Shown here one piece after another: positions 1 through 8,025 of a stretch of 21,752 nucleotides of DNA. Position numbers and translations under genes: made by a program. Position 1 is the stretch's first letter, and the number at the start of each line of letters is the position of its first letter. A model generated the notes under the pieces. The model made no database searches. It was not told the origin of the DNA and worked only from the letters and a program-made list of their open reading frames with translations. Source of the DNA: a bacterium. Lineage in GTDB: Bacteria; JAHJDO01. The DNA is taken from NCBI GenBank assembly GCA_043824255.1, contig JBDRTG010000031.1:1-21752 (forward strand), in the 5' to 3' direction.

Positions 1-40
1 ACATCCCCTGATCGTAACTGTATTCTTTGTAACGTGCCAT
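1..40 (-). CDS. N-terminus of a probable IS1182-family transposase (partial; MARYKEYSYDQGM...)
   Basis: ATG at 40-38 is preceded by SD AAAGGA. The peptide resembles the M-x-x-Y-K-x-Y-x-x-x-Q starts of IS1182 transposases. Only 13 codons are visible. Confidence 0.6.
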   Translation of the reverse strand, partial: MARYKEYSYDQGM

Positions 41-138
41 ATTATTTCCTTTCGTGTGAATGTTGATTATAGATTATATCACACGATTAGAAATTCTGAG
101 CCTCATTTTTAACTTTTTAAGACTTATTCTACAGCCTC
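1..138 (-). mobile_element. Left end of a probable IS1182-family insertion sequence, truncated by the window edge
   Basis: The minus strand reads GAGGCTGTAGAATAAGTC (138-121), resembling IS1182-family terminal IRs as I recall them. A partial internal copy (GAGGCTCAGAAT, 104-93), a TGaTATAAT extended -10, an SD and a transposase-like start follow. Confidence 0.7.
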
Positions 139-206
139 AACGTTCAAACTCACCTGCTTTCATGAAGCGTAGCGTAATGGAAGTCAGGTGCAGCGCGTTG
201 TTGGAC
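135..206 (-). other. Integron attC recombination site (72 bp)
   Basis: Minus strand: R'' GTCCAAC, 5-nt spacer AACGC, L'' GCT(G)CACC with an unpaired base, central stem-loop, L' GGTGAGT, 6-nt spacer TTGAAC, R' GTT(GAGG). It overlaps the 3' end of the cassette ORF, as is typical. Confidence 0.9.
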
Positions 207-1119
207 ACGCACCTTCATTAGGCAGCAATATCTTGGGTATTGAGAATCTCATTGTCTTCAACGGATCTACAACTTGGCACACACGAAGATCGCACAGGAG
301 ACTCATTGCGCGTGCAGCGTCATTGGCAGACATCTTCGCGACTTTGGTAAAGAACGTATGTGCTTTCTTGAGTACAATTTGTTCGCATTCGTCAAGAGTA
401 AAGGCTGACCCAATGAAATGAAAATGACTTTCCGTTTCTACGCATGGTGTCGGAATGTAGGAACTTTCCTCTCTTACTTCGAGGATTACTTCACCAGACA
501 CCTCAGCGCCACAGATACAGACCTCACCATCACCCATTACTGCATGCAGGTCGCCAAGCGACAGCAGTGCCCCTCTGGTATTCACAGGAAGATACACGAC
601 TGAACCGGCGGTAATCAGTTTGCAGTCCATGTTGCCGCCATGTTCTCCCGGGGTTCCATTAAGAACGGGTTCTTCGGCCGGGGCAGTACCTATTACACCT
701 ATCATCGGTTGAATGGGAATGGATAATGTCTCGCTCAGAATGAGACAGTTATTTCTAATCGGCAAAACACTCGTTTCGACACCTTCAATAAACTCTCCCA
801 ATGCACCTGAACCGTGCTCAACACACATTACCGCATAATCTCTTGTGTTGATTTCTGCTATCTCGACACGAAGGATGCTGCCGGGTTCCAATCCCGTAAT
901 GTAAACTGGGCCCGTTGCAGGATTCACAGTGTTCCACATATCTTTTGTGAACTTGTCCTGTGGAGACTTGAGATTACCGCTGTAGCAGTCTTCTGTTTCA
1001 ACGCAAAACAGTTTATCCTGGTCAACATCCACAACCGGCTTGTTTGTCGATGACATTGAAAAACATACTTTGTCCTTGGTAATACGAATCATTCTGGCAT
1101 CACTCCTGTTTCTGTCCAA
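141..1119 (-). mobile_element. Integron-type gene cassette (about 979 bp)
   Basis: The 5' core G|TTGGAC (1120-1114) is the exact reverse complement of the attC R'' GTCCAAC (206-200). One ORF with an SD fills the interval. By eye it is more GC-rich than the housekeeping genes. Confidence 0.85.
184..1092 (-). CDS. Acetamidase/formamidase (FmdA_AmdA) family protein
   Basis: Motifs NPATGPVYI, PMIGVIG, GGNMD and GDLHAVMGDGEV. The start is placed at ATG 1092 (SD AGGAG, 1107-1103) rather than 1122, which overlaps the recombination core. The C-terminus reads into the attC. Confidence 0.9.
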   Translation of the reverse strand: MIRITKDKVCFSMSSTNKPVVDVDQDKLFCVETEDCYSGNLKSPQDKFTKDMWNTVNPATGPVYITGLEPGSILRVEIAEINTRDYAVMCVEHGSGALGEFIEGVETSVLPIRNNCLILSETLSIPIQPMIGVIGTAPAEEPVLNGTPGEHGGNMDCKLITAGSVVYLPVNTRGALLSLGDLHAVMGDGEVCICGAEVSGEVILEVREESSYIPTPCVETESHFHFIGSAFTLDECEQIVLKKAHTFFTKVAKMSANDAARAMSLLCDLRVCQVVDPLKTMRFSIPKILLPNEGACPTTRCT

Positions 1120-1154
1120 CATTAATCATTGAACGTTTGCTGTTACTTTAGAAT

Positions 1155-1183
1155 ACTATACTTAAAACGCCTTAAAACCTCAA
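1155..1183 (-). promoter_or_regulatory. Candidate sigma70 promoter facing the cassette (Pc-like position)
   Basis: TTGAGG (1183-1178), 17 bp, TATAGT (1160-1155). The spacer region contains a CTTAAAAC direct repeat (1161-1168, 1171-1178). Confidence 0.55.
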
Positions 1184-1216
1184 TAAAAAATGGAAACGAG
1201 ACTGCTTCGTCGTTTT
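1184..1216 (-). terminator. Possible weak intrinsic terminator after the AEC transporter
   Basis: Minus strand AAACGA-cgaagcagtc-TCGTTT stem-loop followed by ccaTTTTTT, overlapping the stop codon. Confidence 0.35.
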
Positions 1217-2159
1217 ATACAAACGCAAGAATAATTGCAATAGAGAGCATTGACATCATGGTAGATGTTACAATAATACTGCCCGCCAATTTTCCGTCCG
1301 CCCCCATTTCTTCTGCCATTATAAAAGATGCAGTTGCTGTTGGGCATGCCAAGAAAAGCATTGCAATTCGCAGTTCTACGTGGTTTAGCCCAAACTGCTT
1401 GCAAATTAAAAACATTATTATCGGACCACAAACAACCTTAATAATGGATGCTGTTAAGCTCTTTACTAATCCATTCTGAACGGCCTTGAAACTAAGAGAG
1501 GCTCCAATCCCCAGAAGTGCTAGCGGCAGAGCAATCTTGCCAATGGTAACGCATGTTCGATGAACCAATAGCGGCAGTTGCCACTCAGTGATGGAATACC
1601 CTATCCCTGCTACACAGGATAATACGAGAGGATTCTTTACCACTTTAAGCAATAACGTTTTCAAATGTCTTCGTTTACTTACACTGTTACGCTTCTGGCC
1701 AACTAGCAGTACTATGACTGCGGCAATATTATAAATCGGGATAAGTGGCGCAATAGATAGAATTGCCAGAGATTCCACTTCTCTGCTGTATTGCCCGTTT
1801 GTACCAGCCAGGGCAAAAAGAATCACGGGAATACCGACATAAAGCAAATTGCCTCTGTATGCACCCTGAACAAAGGCACTGCGCGACGAATCTGGTAAAC
1901 GCAACAACCATGCGCATAAATAACCAAGTATTATACAAACAAACATCCCCCCAATAAGTATCAGAAAGACGCGCATTGCTGCCGTTCCTTGAGCAGAGAC
2001 TGTAGCAGTTTTATAGAAAAGTAAACATGGAAGGGCTATCCAGTAAACCAGACTGTTATTCGCACGAAATATATCAGCTGTCATAAATTTGGTGCTTCGC
2101 AAAACAGCGCCCAAAAATATAATAACAACAACTGGTACAAGTGTATTTATGATAAGCAT
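1215..2159 (-). CDS. AEC (auxin efflux carrier) family membrane transporter
   Basis: 314 aa, highly hydrophobic. Motifs VYWIALPCLLF, RGNLLYVGIP, KNPLVLS, PLALLGIG and ACPTA. Confidence 0.88.
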   Translation of the reverse strand: MLIINTLVPVVVIIFLGAVLRSTKFMTADIFRANNSLVYWIALPCLLFYKTATVSAQGTAAMRVFLILIGGMFVCIILGYLCAWLLRLPDSSRSAFVQGAYRGNLLYVGIPVILFALAGTNGQYSREVESLAILSIAPLIPIYNIAAVIVLLVGQKRNSVSKRRHLKTLLLKVVKNPLVLSCVAGIGYSITEWQLPLLVHRTCVTIGKIALPLALLGIGASLSFKAVQNGLVKSLTASIIKVVCGPIIMFLICKQFGLNHVELRIAMLFLACPTATASFIMAEEMGADGKLAGSIIVTSTMMSMLSIAIILAFV

Positions 2160-2166
2160 TTGTGAT

Positions 2167-2661
2167 TTAGAGAAGTACTCTATCCAATTCTATTCTTGCT
2201 TTTGCAGGCAGTTTATTATAACGGGTAATTTTATACCTGCATTTCTCTACATCAGTTATTATTATCCTGCCATCATCTTTAATAGTAATATTTTCTCTTC
2301 TGTCTCTCAAGTAAAATCTCTTTTCCCCTCGATCAGTAACAACATCCCATTCCCACAAACTATATGTCTGCTTAATTCTCTCTATATCCGTAATCTCTGG
2401 AATGAAATACCTGAACTTTATATCTTCTCTTACAAAATTCTGCTGCGCTGAAGGTAGTTTTTTTAAATGTTTTATAATACCTATCTCTTCAAATTCAGAA
2501 CCTTTTTTACATACAATAGAAATAAAACTCTCTGGGTCGGAAAAAGGGAACATAGGAATACAATGAACGTCTCTAATTCTTTTTCCATCTTCCAGGGTAA
2601 TGTTAAGCGCCTCAGACTCTGATCTTTTAAATTTTACATTATTATAGTCTAATATCTTCAT
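2167..2661 (-). CDS. DUF1854-like protein
   Basis: FPFSDPESFIS, EIGII, RYFIPEI, WDVVTDRG and ITDVEKCRY match my recollection of DUF1854. It lies directly downstream of an N-terminally extended ABC transporter, its usual partner. Confidence 0.8.
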   Translation of the reverse strand: MKILDYNNVKFKRSESEALNITLEDGKRIRDVHCIPMFPFSDPESFISIVCKKGSEFEEIGIIKHLKKLPSAQQNFVREDIKFRYFIPEITDIERIKQTYSLWEWDVVTDRGEKRFYLRDRRENITIKDDGRIIITDVEKCRYKITRYNKLPAKARIELDRVLL

Positions 2662-2667
2662 TTTTCC

Positions 2668-4896
2668 TTATCCGTCAACTGCTTTAATCTTTGAAAGTTT
2701 CTTTTGCATCATAACCAAATTGTAGAATACCCCTTTTTTAGCCATAAGCTCTTCATGTGTTCCAAACTCAGCAATTTTCCCATCTTCAATAACTAACAGT
2801 CTGTTACAACTTCGCAGTGTTGAAAGCCTGTGAGCAATAGCAATTGTTGTCTTGCCTCTTATAAGATTTAGGAGTGCATCCTGAATTTTTCCCTCCGTCT
2901 GTGTGTCAACAGATGAAGTTGCCTCATCAAGAATAAGAATTCGAGGATTCCTTAAAATTGCACGTGCAATAGATATCCTCTGTTTTTCTCCTACTGAGAG
3001 TTTGTTCCCTCTTTCCCCGACCTCAGTATCATAACCATCAGGCTTATTTATAATAAATTCATGTGCGTTTGCAGTAATAGACGCTTCTATTACTTCTTCC
3101 TTAGTTGTATCAGGTTTTGCATAGGCAATATTATCGAATATTGTTCCATTAAATAAAAAAGTCTCCTGTAGTACAATCCCAATTTGACTCCTCAAATCAG
3201 AGTGCTTTATTTTTCGGATATCTAGTCCGTCTATAAAAATGCATCCCTTATTCACATCATATAAGCGGCATATAAGATTAATCATTGTACTTTTACCTGC
3301 ACCACTTTTTCCAACAAGTCCAATCATCTCGTTAGAATATATTTTCACAGCAAGATCCTTGATTACGGGCTTAAACTTGTTATATCCGAACGTTACATCT
3401 CTAAATTCAATTTCACCCTCTATATGCGGCATGCCTACTGCATCAGGACTATCTTTAATCTCCGGTTCTGTATCAATCACATCAAAAACCCTTTCACCTG
3501 CAGCTAGTGAATTAGTTATCATTTGAGCCATTCTTGTAAGCATGAAAACAGGTCTATAAAACATCATTAAATACCCTGAATATGCAACAACTGAACCAAC
3601 AGACATTTTTCCTAAAAACACCAGCTTTCCTCCAACAAATCATACAATAACAACACCACACATTATAAAAAAGTGTAAAATTGGGTGATATATACTCCAT
3701 TTTTTTGTAAGTTCTATCCCTGCATCTCGATAGCTGCCACTTCTCCTTTCGAACTTTTCTATTTCCGCTGACTCCTGTCCAAAGACTTTAATAACTCTCA
3801 TGCCTGATATGGAATCATTCACTAATGCACTTAACCTGGCTCGTCTTTGGAAAAATCTATGGAAATAAGTTCTTATGTTCGGGAAAATCTTCTTCAAAAA
3901 CAAAACAGTTGCTACAATGGGAATGAAAATAAATAGTGTAAGTTGCCAGCTTAATATAAATAGGAATGCGCCAACTCCTATCAGCATAAAAATGCTCTCC
4001 ATTGTAAGAGGCAAGAAGTCCACAAGAAACCGTTGAAGTTCTCCTGTATCCTGATTGACTCTTGTAAGTATCGCACCTGTCTGGTGTTTATCAAAGAATG
4101 ATAAAGACAGTTCCTGCAGCCTCTTATATATGGCAGCTCTTACGTCATAAACTGTTCTAAATCCCATAGAACCAGATAGTCTCTCCCGTATACCCTCGAA
4201 AAACAACTGCCCTGCGTATGCGACTAACAATACTAATACTGCTAAAGGCAGCCATTTAGCGTAAACATATATTCCAGTTATAGAATCCGGTTTAAATATA
4301 AAATCTATGAATAGTTTACTCATATATGGGGTTGCAAGTCCAAATCCTGTACCAAGAATCATTGTCAAGAATATGAAAAAGAGAAGCTTTGTATATGGTC
4401 TGGAAAAATTTAATATGCGGAAAAGAGTTTTTCTTCTCTCGGTACATCTAGGACACTTGTTCATATCCTGCGGAATTGGCCTTGAACATGTTTTACATAT
4501 TTTTCTATGTTTAGTTCTATTTTTCCCTACGAGACTTTTCCCACTTAAAAGATTCCTTATGTCATCAACAGCCTGACAAAAATCCGCATTCTTCGCGTCT
4601 GAGTACGAAATTAGGCGGTAAATGTGTTCTCCAGTATCAACTTCTAAAACTCCACTGCCGACCAGATTTATAGCTTCTGCTTTCTTTATAGAATCAAGCT
4701 CTATTACTGAAAGAATATCTACATCCAGTTTATTAACCGAAAAAACCAGAAGTTTTTTACTGGTAACAACAAGCCATTCCTCACCGTACAGCCCCTTAGC
4801 AGTAATATCCGAACTAAGGGCTATAAGGATTTCTTCATCCTGAAAATCTTTTTTCAGTTTTTCTTTTAGCTTCTCAGGTAATCTTTCTTTTTCCAT
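2668..4896 (-). pseudogene. Fused permease/ATP-binding ABC exporter (742 codons) interrupted by one in-frame TGA at 3642-3640
   Basis: ORFs 3640..4896 and 2668..3621 share a frame: ...GVVIV-TGA-FVGGKLVFLGKMSVG. The first part has an N-terminal soluble domain, a CxxC..CxxC motif and most of the TMD. The second has the last TM helix and the NBD (GKSGAGKS, LSVGEKQR, ILILDEAT, AHRLST). Confidence 0.8.
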
Positions 4897-4945
4897 AACA
4901 GATTAGCTAGTTCCATTGCTGAGTCTTTTTTGAGAACAAATCAAT

Positions 4946-6334
4946 TCAGGGCTTTTTAGGCAAACTTATGGCCATATTATCTACATCCTCTGCTGCTTCC
5001 ATAATTGCCTCAGACAGAGTTGGATGTGCATGAATTGTTTCTGCAAGTTCCTTATATGTACATTCAGCCTTTATTGCTAGCACGCATTCGGCTATAAGCT
5101 CTGTCGCATGAGGAGCAATCATTCTTACTCCCAAAATCTCATCCGTATCCTTGTCAGCTATAATTTTAACCAATCCTTCTGTCTCGCCTATACACATTGC
5201 CTTTCCGCTTGCCATTAAAGGGAATCTGCCTATCTTTATCTCATGAGTTTCTTTTGCTTTCTGCTCAGTTAAACCAACTCCTGCTACTTCAGGATCTGTA
5301 TATACACAAGATGGGATAACTTTATAATCCATTTTTGAATCCATACCCGTTATATGCTCAACAGCCACAATTCCCTCCTTTGAAGCAACATGCGCAAGCA
5401 TAGGACCTGGCGTAATATCCCCTATTGCGTAAATATGTGGGATATTTGTCTGCATGTGTTCATTTACAAGAATTCTATTTTTATCCAGTTTTATCTGATT
5501 CTCTTCTAATCCAATTCCAGAAATATTCGAACTTCTTCCAACAGCAACAAGTACTCTATCCACTTCAAATGTCTTATCTTCTGACAAATATACATTTGCC
5601 GAAGAGTCTCTTTTTTCTACTTTGTTAACTTTTGTTTGAGTAAAAATTTCAATACCTCTCTTTTTAAAAATGCTCTCAAGCTGACCTGCAATCTCATTAT
5701 CCTCTTCTGGCAGTATATGATCCATCATCTCAACTAGTCTTACCTTGACTCCAAAAGAATTGAAAATATCTGCAAATTCGCAGCCAATAGCGCCTGCTCC
5801 TATTATTAAAATACTTTCGGGCAGATTATCGCAGGAAAGAATCTCTTTGCTTGTCTGAATTATTTTCCCATCCGTTGAAATATCACTCAATTTCATAGGT
5901 TCTGAACCAGTTGCTATTATTATATTGCCTGCTTCTACTTCAGATTGTTGAGAACTGTCTGTTATTCCTATTACTCCTGAAGACACAATCTCTGCTTTTC
6001 CTTCTATTATTTCAATAGCATTGGTCTTAAATAAAAACTTTATACCATTTGTCAGCCTGTTAACGATCTGATCTTTCCTATTTATGACTTTCCCATACTC
6101 CAGAGATATGCCAGAGGTATTTATACCAAACTTTCCAGCGCTAATGAGATTCCTATACATCTTTGCGGAATAAAGAATAGCCTTTGTAGGAATACATCCT
6201 CTGTTAAGACATGTTCCTCCAAGCGCCTTATCTTTTTCAACAACACAAACCTTTGCTCCTAATTGCGCCGCTCTTATTGCCGCAACGTAGCCACCTGGTC
6301 CACCACCAATTATTCCAATATCATATTTTGCCAT
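4946..6334 (-). CDS. lpdA: Dihydrolipoyl dehydrogenase
   Basis: GGGPGG FAD motif, GGTCLNRGCIPTK redox disulfide, GAGAIGCE and HPTLSE. The start is set at ATG 6334, which follows SD AAAGGAG. Confidence 0.95.
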   Translation of the reverse strand: MAKYDIGIIGGGPGGYVAAIRAAQLGAKVCVVEKDKALGGTCLNRGCIPTKAILYSAKMYRNLISAGKFGINTSGISLEYGKVINRKDQIVNRLTNGIKFLFKTNAIEIIEGKAEIVSSGVIGITDSSQQSEVEAGNIIIATGSEPMKLSDISTDGKIIQTSKEILSCDNLPESILIIGAGAIGCEFADIFNSFGVKVRLVEMMDHILPEEDNEIAGQLESIFKKRGIEIFTQTKVNKVEKRDSSANVYLSEDKTFEVDRVLVAVGRSSNISGIGLEENQIKLDKNRILVNEHMQTNIPHIYAIGDITPGPMLAHVASKEGIVAVEHITGMDSKMDYKVIPSCVYTDPEVAGVGLTEQKAKETHEIKIGRFPLMASGKAMCIGETEGLVKIIADKDTDEILGVRMIAPHATELIAECVLAIKAECTYKELAETIHAHPTLSEAIMEAAEDVDNMAISLPKKP

Positions 6335-6348
6335 TATTCTTTCTCCTT

Positions 6349-8025
6349 TCACATTCTCTCAGGCGCAGATATGCCAAGAAGCCTGAGTCCGTTTGCCAGC
6401 ACAATTCTGGTAGATTTAACGATTAGAAGTCTTGCAACTGTCAATTCTTTATTTTCAGTAATAACACGGTTTTTATTATAAAAGTTATGAAATATTCCAG
6501 CAAGCTTCAGCAAATATCCTGCTATTCTGTGAGGTGCGTAAGTTAGAGCGCTTATTTCGCATATGTCTTTAAATCCAGTCAGTGTCTTTGCTAATTCAAT
6601 CTCCTCTGGCTTATTTAGAAGCTCCGTATTGACTTTATCAATTTTCTCTATACTGATTTTCTCCTCTTCAGCATGTTTCAATATATTACATATCCTTGCA
6701 TGCGCATACTGAATATAATAAACAGGATTTTTAGAAGACTTTTCCTTTGCCAGATTTAGATCAAAATCAAGATGACTGCTCTGGGTTCTAATAAGAAAAA
6801 AGAATCTGGCAGCATCTTTGCCGACCTCCGCTACTAAATCCCTCATTGTCTCAAACCTGCCGGCTCTCTTAGACATCTTAATTTTCTCTCCACTGCGCAT
6901 AAGATTAACCTGCTGAACTATAAAAATATCCAGCCATTTCTCATCAATACCCAATGCTTTCATGGCCATTTTTAATCTTGATATATGCCCGTGGTGGTCA
7001 GGTCCCATAAAATCAATGGCTTTATCAAAGCCCCTATTAAACTTATCAAGATGATATGCAATGTCTGCCAAAAAATAAGACGGCGCCCCATATTTTCTTA
7101 TTAAAACTCTGTCCTCGTCATCACCAAACTTCGTTGATTGGAACCATATTGCGCCATCTTTTTCGTATGTAAAACCGAGCTTTTTTAACTTTATCCAAGC
7201 ACTGTTAATTTTTTCCACATGAAGTGTTTCCTCACTGAACCACTTATCAAACTTAACTCCAAAATCCTCTACATCGCGCTTTTGGTCGCCTAATATCCTT
7301 GAAAGATAAAAACTCCTGCATCTATTCCACACATCATCATCTATCTTACCCAGCAAACTTCTGCCATATATTTTATCAAGTTCTTCTGCCATATCCTTTG
7401 CCATATCCTTTACATAGTCACCATGATAGCCTTCTTCCGGAAATGGAAAATCGGGATTGTATATCTGTTTATACCTTGCAATAAGAGATTCAACAAATCT
7501 TGAAACCTGTTCTCCAGCATCGTTTATATAAAATTCTCTTTTTACGTCATATCCGTTAAATGAGAGAATGTTACACAAACTATCACCAATAGATGCGGCT
7601 CTTGCGCTCACTACATTAAGTGGCCCAGTGGGGTTAGATCCGACAAATTCCACCAAAATCTTTTTGCCATCTCCTGTATTACTTCTACCATAATTCTCTC
7701 CTGCCAGAACAACTTCTCTGAAAACATCTATCCAGAACTTCTTACTAACATAAAAATTTATAAATCCCGGTTTAATCAGTTCAACTTTATCTATTAATAA
7801 ATCTTTAGACAAGGACTGCTGAATATTTTTACATAACTTTTCACCTATACTAATTGGAGATTCTTTTAATTTATGCGAGTGCATCATTGCTGCGTTTGTT
7901 GAAAAATCACCAAATTTTTCATCTCTTGTTCTTTCCACTGAAATATGTAAACCTTTAATAGAATATATTTCTTTAATGCTCTCCTGAACTATTTTTACTA
8001 TGTGTTTTTTCGCTTTGTTAATCAT
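6349..8025 (-). CDS. argS: Arginine--tRNA ligase
   Basis: FGDFSTN, PGFINF, NPTGPL, REFYINDAG, KMSKRAG, NPVYYIQYAHAR and C-terminal LLGISAPERM. Confidence 0.96.
   Translation of the reverse strand: MINKAKKHIVKIVQESIKEIYSIKGLHISVERTRDEKFGDFSTNAAMMHSHKLKESPISIGEKLCKNIQQSLSKDLLIDKVELIKPGFINFYVSKKFWIDVFREVVLAGENYGRSNTGDGKKILVEFVGSNPTGPLNVVSARAASIGDSLCNILSFNGYDVKREFYINDAGEQVSRFVESLIARYKQIYNPDFPFPEEGYHGDYVKDMAKDMAEELDKIYGRSLLGKIDDDVWNRCRSFYLSRILGDQKRDVEDFGVKFDKWFSEETLHVEKINSAWIKLKKLGFTYEKDGAIWFQSTKFGDDEDRVLIRKYGAPSYFLADIAYHLDKFNRGFDKAIDFMGPDHHGHISRLKMAMKALGIDEKWLDIFIVQQVNLMRSGEKIKMSKRAGRFETMRDLVAEVGKDAARFFFLIRTQSSHLDFDLNLAKEKSSKNPVYYIQYAHARICNILKHAEEEKISIEKIDKVNTELLNKPEEIELAKTLTGFKDICEISALTYAPHRIAGYLLKLAGIFHNFYNKNRVITENKELTVARLLIVKSTRIVLANGLRLLGISAPERM

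Noticed and set aside
139..200. Intrinsic terminator or REP element after the amidase
   Set aside because: The R/L box spacing, unpaired bases and matching upstream core identify it as attC, and there is no U-tract.
1093..1122. N-terminal extension MLDRNRSDAR from the ORF track
   Set aside because: Its ATG overlaps the recombination core and lacks an SD; ATG 1092 has AGGAG upstream.
3640..3642. TGA recoding (genetic code 4/25 or selenocysteine)
   Set aside because: TGA is the evident stop of lpdA, argS, yqeK, obgE and proB, and Trp is encoded by TGG elsewhere. The site is in a TM helix with no redox context.
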